A stretch of DNA of 64,000 bases from Malacoraja senta. Its lineage: Eukaryota. Below are positions 11,229 through 22,564 of the stretch, piece by piece (position 1 is the first letter of the stretch; each line of letters starts with the position of its first letter). Both the position numbers and the translations under genes were made by a program. Below the pieces are notes generated by a model. It worked only from the letters and a program-made list of their open reading frames with translations, made no database searches and had not been told where the DNA came from. The stretch is from assembly GCA_038087875.1 (NCBI GenBank), contig CM075990.1, forward strand, positions 5,644,001 to 5,708,000, read 5' to 3'.

Positions 11229-12787
11229 AAGTTGACATCGAGCCAGCACAGAGTCAGAGGGACAACTGGCCTCCTTATCACTCTGTTACCATGGTGTGGT
11301 CTTGTGAAATTTTCCGCGAATGATCCATCTCTGCCGTTTCCTGAGTCTCAATGCTACCACGTAACTTTTAGCAATCTGATTCGCTCCACGTGTTATCAAG
11401 AAATGATGAATGCAATGGCTACAGGACTGGACAACATCACAGCTCTACAGATCCCCCCCCCCCCCCCCCCCCCCCGTGCCTTTAGCCATGATGTCCTGCC
11501 ATCGCCAGTTTCCTGGTATCTACCGAACGTCGTTTGATATGTTGTGTTCTGCCTTTTGCCATGAGACGTGGGATGGGTCTGCAGTCAAATGTTGAATCCC
11601 CAGGGCCTGCATCACTCTGCTGACCTGGTGACTCTGCCCTGCTGCACATAACCCAGAACAGAGCAGTCTAACCTGTTGCCTGTTAGCTGTGATTGTGTGA
11701 GTAGGATGTTATCAGGTAATTGCCTCACTAGTCTGTAGAACAGCTCTTTCAATCTGGGCGCCAGTCCCCAGACGTTTGTGAGGAGGGACTTTAAGCGACT
11801 TTGCTATGCCTGAATTTGGCATCTGGTCTGTCAATTTGCTTTTTGCTTTTTTCTATTTTAATATAGTGGTTTAATGCAACTTGGTGCTTGCCAGACCTAT
11901 TCAGAAGAGGGAAAAAAAAAATGTCTGAAGAAGGGTCCCAACCTGAAACATCACCTATCCATGTTCTCCAGGGATGCTGATTGACCTGCTGAGTTACTCA
12001 AGCACTTTTTTTTGTAAACAGGCACCTGCGATTCCTTGTTTCTCTTTTCACAAGAGAGTTAAGTTTTGACCGTGTTGTCCGCAGTAAGACCGTTACAAGT
12101 GACTCGCCTTCTCTCTCCAAGGCGTTTCCAGCATATACAAGGCACATCAAAAGTTGATGCAATATTTTCCATTTTTCCAAGAAATTCAACACCAGCCGGG
12201 ACAAAGAAGGTCTTCACTGCAACCCTTCACCATGGCTCCTACAATTCCTGATTCTGTAACCTCTATCACCAGAGAATTAAAGACAGCAGCCACTGGGGAC
12301 ACCACTTACAGTCCTCTCCATGTTGCATGCCGCCCTCATTTGGAAATATATCACCATTCATTCCTTGCTTGTGGGTCCCAATCCTGGCGTTCCTACCCGA
12401 CAGCACTGTGCAAATACCTTCGCTAATACTGGAATGTATTGGGAACATCCTGGGAATGAATATAAAAAGGGGAAGGCAGCTCTTGGGATTGCTGTCTAAT
12501 GGAACATGCACTGTCTAGACAGTGGGTGAAGGCTAGGGTTGGTGTGCGCAGCTGTCTTTGGTCAAATAACTGGATAACCAAAGAAAAATGTTTCCCTTTT
12601 GAGCCAAGGGGAAAATAGCATTTTGAAATTGCCCGCCAACTTGATCGTACTTGAAGTACTACAACCTTGGGTCTTGTGGGCTGGGATGTTTTAAGGACAT
12701 CTCTCCCTTAACATTTTTACATTGTTCAACACTGATTTAAGCAGCAAACTAACCACCTGCTCATGCTGTTTCCTGTTCTTATTTCAG

Positions 12788-12859
12788 GGTATTCCCGAAA
12801 ACTGCGAGGATGAACTTGTGAGTGTACCCGATGCCAAATACACAAAGGGAGAATTTGAG
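12788..12859 (+). CDS. PALD1: Paladin internal coding exon (GIPENCEDELVSVPDAKYTKGEFE)
   Basis: Acceptor cttatttcAG and donor GTttgt. 72 nt, phase 0/0. ELVSVPDAK.TKGEF matches paladin. Not in the ORF track. Confidence 0.95.
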
Positions 12860-12973
12860 GTTTGTGAAAATCACCTTGTCAGCTAGACATGATCTCAGAG
12901 TTCACTCGAGGCTCTGTGAATAGTTACAAACTTACCATCCATAACATTCACAATATCTACCACTGTATTTCCT

Positions 12974-13158
12974 AAGTAGACACAAAATGCTGGAGTAACT
13001 CAGCGGGACAGGCAGCATCTCTGGTGAGAAGGAATGGGTGATGTTTCGGGTCGAGACCCTTCTTCAGACTTCTCCAGAGATGCTGCCTGTCCCGCCGATT
13101 TACTCCGGTATTTTGTGTCGATCTTCGATTTAAACCAACATCTGCAGTTCTTTTCTAC
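12974..13158. mobile_element. Penelope-derived fold-back element
   Basis: Inverted arms. Core on the minus strand at about 13040-13067. Direct repeat ACCACTG(T/A)ATTTCCT at 12959-12973 and 13159-13173. Confidence 0.75.
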
Positions 13159-13204
13159 ACCACTGAATTTCCTTATGGTCATCCAGTCCCCCTTCTGTGG
13201 AAGA

Positions 13205-13645
13205 ATATAATGAATGAATGAATAAGTTTATTGGCCAAGTATTCACATACAAGGAATTTGCCTTGGTGCTCCGCCCGCAAGTGACAACATGACATACAGG
13301 GACAGTTCGGAATGACACATAAAACATTAAACATTAATAATAAAACATTATCGATTAAACATGTGAATTAAATAAAATGCCAGAGCAAAAGGAGGCTACA
13401 GATTTTTGGTTATTGAGTAGAGCTACTACTCGTGGAAAAAAGCTTTTTATGTTTGGCTGTGGCAGCTTTGACAGTCCGGAGTCGCCTTCCAGAGGTAAGT
13501 GATTCAAAGAATTTGTGGCCAGGGTGAGAAGGGTCAGAGATGATCTTGTCCACTCGCTTCCTGGCCCTTGCAGTGTACAGTTCGTCAATGGAGGGAAGGT
13601 TGCAGCCAATAACCTTCTCAGCTGATCAGATGATTCGCTGCAGCC
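13205..13645 (-). mobile_element. Rex/Babar-like LINE 3' fragment
   Basis: Minus-strand decayed LP.GRRLR...SFFPRVVALLN followed by AATAAA and a (TTCA)n tail. Confidence 0.65.
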
Positions 13646-14795
13646 TATAGAAGTAGTAGTTACGACTTTAAATAAGTTGTCACCCATTTAAGAAAGATAT
13701 GAGGTAATTTATTTTCTCAGATGTCAGGAATCTTTGTAACTCTCCCCAACAATGGTTGGAGGAAGCAGAGTGTTAAAAACAATTGAAGTCCGAGGTAGGT
13801 AGGTTTCCCCCAGTGAGAGTGTGCATGAACGGAAACTTCTCTCTCCCACGCTACTGTTTGAGTCGTTACCTCACTCATCTTTCTGATACCACATTAATTG
13901 GAATATGATGAAGGTAGCATTGCAGAGATCTCCACTTTTGTGGCATTGTTAATTTGGACCTTATGTTCTTAACTTCATGGGAGGAATTTCATTCTCAGTT
14001 CCACCAAATGTTAGTTGTTCCAACGTTGGCTGCAGCAACAGGATTATTCCCCCAGAGCATCTTAAACTTCTCAGAGCAAAATAGTCCACATGGACCAGTA
14101 TTCTAGCCGCAGAGAATGGTATTTCTCCAGCCTGTACCATCCTCTTACAGTATTAGTTTCCTTATAGTTCCCCTTAAATTACACTCCCCCACCCCTTCCC
14201 CCATACTGGGGTCAGATTGATCAGTTCTCAGCAGTAATTCATGTGGCAAGTACCTTATACTCGGTAAATATGGTTTAAAACAAACGGGCTACTCAACACC
14301 GTTTCCTGGTCTCCGTACTTGTCTGGCTCACTGTCACATCTCTCCGTCCTTGACCATTGAACAAATCTAAACGGTCACCCAGTCCAAGTATGTGACCGTC
14401 CCTCACACCCCTATTGCTTCAACTCCAACAACAATTCTGAGCTGAACTTGCTTGTGATGCAAATAGTTCCCCAGCCATGTGGCTGCTCTGAACCTCCAGA
14501 GCTCTGGTCTCCACTGGCCCTCGCAGTCTGTTGTTGCGGTCAACATTAGCCTGGCCGATGTTAACGTTGCATTCTTTGATATATTCAATAATTTGTACAT
14601 TTCATTCACTCAATATTTTCAATTAATATTTTCACTCTTGCCGGAAAGAGTGCAAAGAAGAATTACGAGGATGTTGCCAGAATTCGAGGGTCTGGGCTAT
14701 TGGGAAAGATTGGGCAATCTAGGACTTTATTCCTTGGAGCATAGGAGGCTGAGGGATGATCAGCCCCATCAGACCATTGTCAATAATATTTAAGA

Positions 14796-14987
14796 TGTTT
14801 AAGAAGGAACTGCAGATGCTGGAAAATTGAAGGTAGACAAAAATGCTGGAGAAACTCAGCAGGTGAGGCAGCATCTATGGAGCGAAGGAAATAGGCGACG
14901 TTTCGGGTCGAGACCCTTCTTCAGACTGATGGTCTTCGCTCCATAGATGCTGCCTCACCCGCTGAGCTTCTCCAGCATTTTTGTCTA
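14796..14987. mobile_element. Penelope-derived fold-back element
   Basis: Intact core on the minus strand at 14897-14924. Direct repeat CCATTGTCAATAATA at 14774-14788 and 14988-15002. Confidence 0.75.
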
Positions 14988-15921
14988 CCATTGTCAATAA
15001 TAGTGATCAGCATCTCCCCATTACCCACTAGGTTGCTGGGCAACTCGCTTCACAGATGCAACGTAAAATTGTGAACTGCTGCCTTTCTGATCCCAACACT
15101 GCTTGCTCAAGAGGTCAGCATTTAACACAACATTTGTTTTCCTCCTGATTAAACCTGTCCAGGAAACTTCTACAACCGGCCCAGACTGGTTTGGAATAAT
15201 GTGTCCATTGTTTTCTGGATCCAGGCACAGGTGGCCACTGATGCCTAGATGAGTTGCAACGAGGCTTTTAAGTAGGATGCCACTTGACTGTGACACAGAC
15301 CAAACTCATTGATTCACAAGATTTGCACGGTGCCGAGTCTGTCAATGCCCTGTGTCCCAATGTTGGATCTTTCTGGGAGACCACTGTGAGGCATTCACTA
15401 TTTATAATTTAGAAGAGAATTGGAATTGAACTACTATATACCTCATTGGTGACCCTCGGACTATCTTTGATCTGGCTTTCCCTTGCACTAAACGTTATTC
15501 CCTTACCATGTATTTATACACTATAAATGGCTCAATTGTAATCACGTATTATCTTTCCGCCGACTGGTCAGCACGCAACAAGAGCGCTTCACTTTACCTC
15601 GGTGCACGTGTTAACAAACTAAAAGTGAAATTGAAGAGTGAATGGGTGAGGCAAGTAGGGTTATGGTGCCTAGAAAAACACATCTCTCCAATGTGAGGCA
15701 CAGCAGTATTAAGTTTGCTTTCTGAATGTAGAACAATGAACAACACAGTGCAGTGACAGGCCCTTTGGCCCTCAGTGGCCGTGCTAGCCGTGGTGCCAAT
15801 TAGAACTATTCCCAAATGCTAGCACATGATCTATATCAGTCCAGGACACAAAGTGCAGGAGTAGCTCAACGGGTCTGGCAGCATCTCTGGAGAACATGGA
15901 TAGGTGATGTTTAGGGGGAAG

Positions 15922-16620
15922 GTATTGTATTGTATTGTATTGTATATCTTTATTGTCATTTCCTGAGTATTCGCATACCCAGAGGAAACAAAAAAACGTT
16001 CCTCAACCAGTGTCCATTCCAGTGTGCAGTAAAAAATAAATAGAAGTAAAAATACATATATCATGAACAAATTAACACTCTACTCTACTAAACATCAACA
16101 GGCGTTCCGATCGGCAGCGGCACGACAGTGGCTCTGCTGCAGTGTGTCCAGGTTGGTGGTTGGTGCACGATACTTTGGCAGGGGACAAAGTCCGTTTATC
16201 AGTCTTATAACCTGCGGGAAGAAGCTGAGGAGCATCCTGCTGGTTTTGCACCTAATGCTCCGGTACCTCTTCCCAGATGGCAGGATGGAGAATATGTGAT
16301 GCGGTGGGTGGTAGGGGTCTTTGATGATGGAGATGGCTCTGCTGATACATCTCTTCCTGTATATGTCCAGCAGGAAAGGGAGTGGAGCACCAATAATCCT
16401 GCTGGCAGTCTTCACAATCCTGTCTAGTTGGTGCCGTTCGTACGCCTTGCAGCTCCCGAACCAGGAAGTGATGCCGTAGGTTAATGTGCTCTCGATTGTC
16501 CCCCGATAAAAAGTTCGTAGGTGTGTAGTGGGGAGACCTGCTTTACGTAGTCTTCGGAGGGGGTGTAGTCACTGCTGGGCTCTCTTGACCAGTGCTGTGG
16601 TGTTGGTCGTGGACGTTGGT
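15922..16620 (-). mobile_element. Rex/Babar-like LINE 3' fragment nested in a Penelope-derived element (about 15843-15915 and 16650-16750)
   Basis: ORF 16095-16415 (KTASRIIG..LP....IY..RC...A..II.DP.HP.H..F..LPSGKRYRS...SFFPQ.IRL.N) and a (CAATA)n tail. Confidence 0.85.
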
Positions 16621-16919
16621 CGTGGTCCCTGTAAGCAGCCTTCAAAAGGTATCCATGTTCTCCAGGGATGCTGCCTGACTCGCTGAGTTACTCCAACACT
16701 TTGTGTTCTTTTGCGTATTAACCAGTATGTGCAGTTCTTGGTGTCTATAACCCTCCATTCCCTGACAGTTCATGTGCCCATCTAGTCATCTACTATGGTA
16801 TCTGCTTCCACCAATTCTCCTCGTAGCGGATTCCAGCCACCTGTCACTCTGTGCGTGTAAAAACAAAATTACCCCGTAAATCTTTAAACTCCCCCCCCCC
16901 TAGGTGTGGACATGGTGGC

Positions 16920-17212
16920 TTGGGCATAGCGGGAGAGTTGCTGCCTTTCAGCGCCAGAGTACTGAGTTCGATCCCGACTACAGGTGCTGTCTGTACGGAG
17001 TTTGTACGTTCTCCCCGTGACCTGTGTGGATTTGCTCCCAGATCCTCCCACACTCCAAAGACGTACAGGTTTGTAAGTTAATTGGCTTCGGTAGAAATGT
17101 AGAAATGTAAAGAGTCCCTTGTGTGTGTAGGATAGTGTTAATGTGCGGGGATCGCTGGTCAGCGCGGACTCGGTGGGCCGAAGGGCCTGTTTCCGCGCTG
17201 TATCTCCAAATT
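16920..17212 (+). mobile_element. V-SINE (HE1-like)
   Basis: GAGTTCGATCCC B-box, V-domain and GGGCCGAAGGGCCTGTTTCC tail. Ends about 50 nt upstream of a PALD1 acceptor. Confidence 0.85.
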
Positions 17213-17262
17213 AAATCAGACATGCAGATTTTAAAGTTAATTTTGAACGCCTGCTTTCCCAG

Positions 17263-17403
17263 GTTGTGATGCAAATCGTTCGACTCCTACCTGATGGGCA
17301 TAAGATGAAGCGGGAAGTGGACCTGGCGCTGGATGCTGTGAGCGAGACCATGACCCCCATGCATTACCACCTGAGAGAGATCATCATCTGCACTTACAGG
17401 CAG
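17263..17403 (+). CDS. PALD1: Paladin internal coding exon (VVMQIVRLLPDGHKMKREVDLALDAVSETMTPMHYHLREIIICTYRQ)
   Basis: Acceptor ctttcccAG and donor GTgggt. 141 nt, phase 0/0. SETMTPMHYHLREIIICTYRQ matches paladin as I recall it. Confidence 0.96.
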
Positions 17404-18239
17404 GTGGGTCACCGTCCCTGCAGCCAGGCTAACCACCTGGTGATCGGAGAAATCTGATCGTGGGCGGGATGAGAACATCTATTGCAAGTACATGTGGTTG
17501 AGCAGTGGCCGACAGCTCACTCGGTGCTCGGTGTGTTCCCTGGAACCGGTGTTAGATGGGGCAACACTAAAGCTGGGCCGTTGCAGCAAAGGGTGAAGTC
17601 TTCCTCCATAGACGCTGCCTGCCACGGCTGAGTTCCTGCAGCACTTAATGTTTTGCTCAAAATTCCAGCATCTTGTGTCTTAATTGCAGCATTATTTGTG
17701 AAGGACTGCGTGGCTGACAGTACGGGGAACATGATGAGCCAACGATTCGTTTTCGCTCTGCACTTGTCAAGTTATGTTTGAGAGATCGATTTTTAGGGTC
17801 GAGTGTATAAAACCTGCGTTTATGTGTGAATTTCTCGGCAAGTGTTGTTACTGGAGTTTGCCATTAGGTGGTGCACTCGCTCTGTTTTGTAGACCAGCTG
17901 CCCCGCGAGTAACTCGGGGAATGACAATGTGATCTGTACGTTCTTGCCTTTGCCCGGTTATTTACTCCCTGTAAGCAGCCCCAGCAAAAGATGAAGCTGC
18001 ACTTGTTTCTTTCCAAAACATAATTGGCAAAAAGACTGCGGCCTTGTGGCTAAATATTTGCATTCCGTTTGGTTTGTCGCATGCAGAAAGTGACGTGAAA
18101 GGTGTGCTGGGGAACGAGTGCTGAAACGACAGACGCAGGTCAGGGGAGCGAACAGCATGATAGAATACAGAAGGTGAATGGGTCGGTGGGGTAGGAACGC
18201 TGAGGGAGAGGTGGAATGGTTGTAAGAGTGGAACAGATC

Positions 18240-18462
18240 TAGAACTGTGGAATTATTTGCCACAGAAGGCTGTGGATGCCAAGTCAGTGGATATTTTTTA
18301 AGGCGGAGATGGATAGATTCTTGATTAGTACAGGTATGTGTCAGAGGCTATGGGGAGAAGGAAAGAGTGGGGTTAAGAGGGAGAGATAGATCAGCCACGA
18401 TTGAATGGCGGAGTAGACTCGATGGGCCGAATGGCCTAATTCTACTCCTATTTCTTATGACC
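18240..18462 (+). mobile_element. CR1 LINE 3' end
   Basis: Same text as 3350-3570 and 46050-46260 (GATCAGCCAYGATTGAATGGCGG...GGGCCGAATGGCCT). Confidence 0.75.
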
Positions 18463-18619
18463 TTAGAGAGCCTGCTTTAACCCTGACCTCCAGTGCTGTC
18501 TACTTGGGTGCACTCCAGATTCCTCCTCCTTGCCAAACACGTGCAAGTTGCAAAGTTAGTGACTGTCCTGCAGAATGTGGCAAGAGTTGGTCGTACAAGA
18601 TAAACAAAAGAGTTAAGAA

Positions 18620-19580
18620 AGATTTGAGTGAGTGTTTTATTGTCACATGTACTGCATTGGAACAATGACATTCGTGCTCCCAGCAGCGGCGCAACGGGTT
18701 TGTAAAGTAGTACTCATTATTCACAGTAATATGGTGCAAAGAACACCGTAAAGCCAAAAGTTCCCAGTAAACTCAGGCAGTTCGGAGTTTAGTTGGAGTT
18801 CGTAGTGTTCAATTGACTGATGGTTGTTGGGAAGAAGCCGTTCCTGAACCTGAACGTTAGAATTTTCAAACTCCTACACCACCTCCTTGACAGCAGAAAT
18901 GCAATGAGAACGTGGTGTGGTGGTGTGGGTCCTTGAAGATGCTGACTGCCTGTTTGAGACATCGCCTCTTCTAGATTCCTTCAATGATGGGGAAATCAGT
19001 ATCCGTGATGGAACAGGGAGTGTTCACTACGTTTTGTCATCTCCTTCATTCCTGGGCATTCGAGTTGCCAATCCTAGCCGTGATGCAAAATGGAATAGTG
19101 TAGGATTGATGGACAACACAGACCCGATGGGCTGAAGGGCCTGTTTACTTGGGGTCTAGAACGAACAGTGATTAGGTATGTGAATGGGCACAGAGACCGA
19201 GAGCGGAGCAAGCTTTTCAGGAATCTGAATTCCTTCCCAATTGTCTATAGATTTCAATAAATAGCTTTGTGAATGTGCATATGACCCGCCATTGAGAAAC
19301 ATCCAACCAGAATGGCTGGGTCTCAACTCTTGAGCTCGGTTCAGTTCCGTTTAGTTTATTGTCATGAGGTTCAGTGAAAAGCTTTTGTTGCGTGCTAACC
19401 AGTCAGCGGGAAGACAATACATGGTTGCAATCGAGCCATTTACAGTGTATAGATACATGATAAGGGAACAACGTTTAGTGCAAAGTAAAGCCAGTAAAGT
19501 CCGATTAACGATAGTCCGAGGGTCACCAATGAGGTAGATGGTAGTTCAGCACTGCTCTCTAGTTGTGGTAGGATGATTCG
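18620..19580 (-). mobile_element. Rex/Babar-like LINE fragments (about 18620-19085 and 19340-19580)
   Basis: 3' UTR shared with 15430-15625, 31462-31790 and 58280-58640 (GACTGGTTAGCACGCAACAAAAGCTTTTC). Confidence 0.6.
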
Positions 19581-20094
19581 CATCATACATATGGTGCAAG
19601 GAGCAGAGAGGGAAAAGTACTAATGAGTATTTTAAGTTGAGAAGATGGCAAACTGTGCTGGACAAAAAAAGCAAGAGTTGAAGCAGCAGTTGGAGCTGTT
19701 TTAACAGAAGCATGTTTTCTTAGACTGGCTGCAATACAGTCATTAAACTCCCTTTGACTAGTAATTGCCCTCCATCTTTGTTTATTCAAGTGCTATCTGA
19801 ACATCTGTGTCCCTGGAAATTATCCCATGGGGTGAAGATGAACGACAAATTTGCCACGGGCTACTTTTACTGGCTTTCTGATGTTTGGTTGGGCTGCAGA
19901 CTGCTTGCACTGTTGGGCGGGGGGTGGAGTTACACAGTCCACATGCTGTGAACAAAACGTGCCATGTACGTTTGATGGAGTTGAATGCATGCATTGGCAT
20001 GTCAGTGCAGATGAAGAAGTGCAATTGTTATTGTTCTGGACCGTATCTTATAACGGACCCGACACCGGTTCTGAGCCAGGAAGTGGAGGTCTGA

Positions 20095-20385
20095 GCACGG
20101 TGGCACAGCAGTAGTGTTGCTGCCTTACAGCGCCGGTGACCTGGGTTCGATTCCGACCACGGGTGCTGTCTGTACGGAGAATGTAAGTTCTCCCCGTGAC
20201 CACGTGGGTTTTCTCCGAGATCTTCGGTTTCCTCCCACACTCCAAAGACATACAGGTTTGTAGGCTAATTGGCTTGGTATGAATGTAAATTGTCCCTAGT
20301 GTGTGTAGGATAGTGTTAATGTATGGGGATTTCTGGTCGGTGTGGGACGAGGGGCCTGTTTCCATGCTGTATCTCTAAACTACTG
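20095..20385 (+). mobile_element. V-SINE (HE1-like)
   Basis: GCACGGTGGCACAGC head, GGTTCGATTCC B-box, V-domain and tail. Confidence 0.85.
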
Positions 20386-20672
20386 AACTACAACCTGGAG
20401 TTCATCATGAAATTAAAAGAAAGATAAGTTTACATTGAAGATAGACACAAGAAGCTGGAGTAACTCAGCGGGACAGGCAGCATCTCTGGAGAGAAGGAAT
20501 GGGTGACATTTTGGGTCGAGACTCTTCTTCAGTTACATTGGTCAGGGTGCAGAGGAGTTTGAAGATGATGCCAGATGTGGGAAGTCTAAGCTCAGAGGGA
20601 AGATTGGATAGATTGAGGCTATTTAAAAAAAAAAAAAAAAAAAAGGAACAGAATTGCTTGTGGGGAAACTTT

Positions 20673-21180
20673 AGTGCCTGTCCCACTTGCATGCGACTGC
20701 ATGGGTTTGGCGCAACCAAACGGAAGCGGAGTTCGCGCTAAGTACGCGCTAAATATTCGGTAAGTACGCGCGTGACGTAATTTACACCATACTCACTAAT
20801 CAGCTGGGCAGGAGGCGGGCCGACTGAATTTGGGCATTGCACGGCGTCGGGCGGTGACGTCATCACGTAACGGCACGCCGGGCGGTGACGTCATCGCGCA
20901 ACGCCACGCGCTAGGCACACGCCGTGAAGACGCTGCGTACGACATCTAAACGCTGCGTACACCGTCAAGACGCTGCGTACGCCCTCAATGCGCCTACGGA
21001 CCGACAGGCCGTTGGCGTGCGGAATTTTCGGAGCCCCGCGCGATGTCGGGACCAGCCCCGCACAACTGCATACGCCTCCGCGCTTCGAAGTGGGACCGGC
21101 CCCGCGCGGCCCGTATGCCTCAAGCGACCACGTTTGGTCGCGCCAGACGCCTGCAATCGCATGCAAGTGGGACAGGCCCT
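20673..21180. mobile_element. MITE, PIF/Harbinger-like, CpG-rich
   Basis: About 50 bp imperfect TIRs AGtGCCTGTCCCACTTGCATGCGA... / ...TCGCATGCAAGTGGGACAGGCCCT with TTT/TTA flanks. Confidence 0.8.
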
Positions 21181-22421
21181 TTACTGGATCTGCATTCATT
21201 GAAGTTCCTTTCTAAAGCAAACAGGACGAACCTATTCTGCATGGTGTAGGTGTTTAAAACCCAGTTCCATGAATTTAAAATAAGGAGCAGAGAGATGAGA
21301 AGAACTGTTTTCACCCAGAGAATGCTAGGTCAGTGGTGGAAGCAGAAACCCTGGGCATGATCAAACAGGATTCAATTGTGTGCTTGAAGGGTCATGACCT
21401 GCAGGGATATGCGCCCAGTCTGGAAGGTGGGATTAGGTAGTATCTCTTTTTTTTCTACTAACAGAAGACGATGGGCCATTTGGCCACTTCCTGACTTGCA
21501 GATTTTCTGTATCAGTTACTTCCATGAAGCTGCTTTTACCAGTGCGCATCAGGGCTTGTGGGTTGGAGGGCACCTGGTTTGGCTGTTACGAGCGTACAGC
21601 ATGGAAACAGGCCCTTCGGCCCAACTTGCCCATGCTGACCTAGATGCCCCATTCACACTAGTCTCACCTGTCTACATTTGACTCGTGTCCGTATATCTGT
21701 CCAAATGTCTTTTGGACTTTTCACTTTTAGGCATGTTGGCAAATCATCATCTTCTTCTTATCGAGTCCACACACAAGATTAGAAGTTGTTCAGCCGGAGT
21801 TGAACACACATCTCTGCATCTGCATACAATGGTGTTTGTCTTGTGCTTCTTGTGTGTGGTGGAAAGAGTGGTGGAAACGGGATGCGAAGTGAACGCTCTT
21901 TCCTTGACCCCACAGCAAATCATGAACTACAAGCAGTAAATTATGCATTAAATTTCCTTCCCCCCCACTTAAAGTTGGTATTGGTATTGAACACTGTGCA
22001 AAGAAGTTGAGAGGCACAGACCAATAGAAATAAAATAGCTGGAAGATTTATTTTATTTGCTGTTATGAGGCAATTTGGTGTATTGTTTAAAACTTGCACT
22101 TGGATTCCTTTCATATTAACCTTTCTGTAATAATGAGGTGGTTCCTGGAATTCCAAAATCGGCATTAAAATTTGACCACACACCTAAAAGAAGAAAGGCT
22201 TTCCATTACATCATGTTTTCTGCATCCTTGGTCATTATAAATGACTTTACAGCTCATGAGTTACTTCTGAGTTGTGGTCAATGCCCAATACGGAGATTTA
22301 GTAACAACATGGTACATTTGTATTCTCTCTTTAATGGAGTGAAACGTCCTTGGAGCTTTACAGAACACGACCAGTCTCGCTATGTACAAAGAGCAGCAGA
22401 GGTGGACACGAGCCTGGACTG

Positions 22422-22564
22422 GGGTGGAAGGTTGCAACCTTCACGTGGTCCGCCCTGTTTCGCCTAATGCAATCAACTCGACGTGCACAAACGGAAGATC
22501 AAATAGAACAAGTTGTCCAACAACTTTATGCTGTGCACGCCACACGAAAGAAGAAGAAGAAGAA
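22422..22564 (+). mobile_element. Short retroposed insertion with a (GAA)n tail (Ingi/Vingi-like 3' end)
   Basis: Perfect 12-bp TSD GAGCCTGGACTG at 22410-22421 and 22565-22576. Ends GCCACACGA-AAGAAGAAGAAGAAGAA. Confidence 0.7.
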
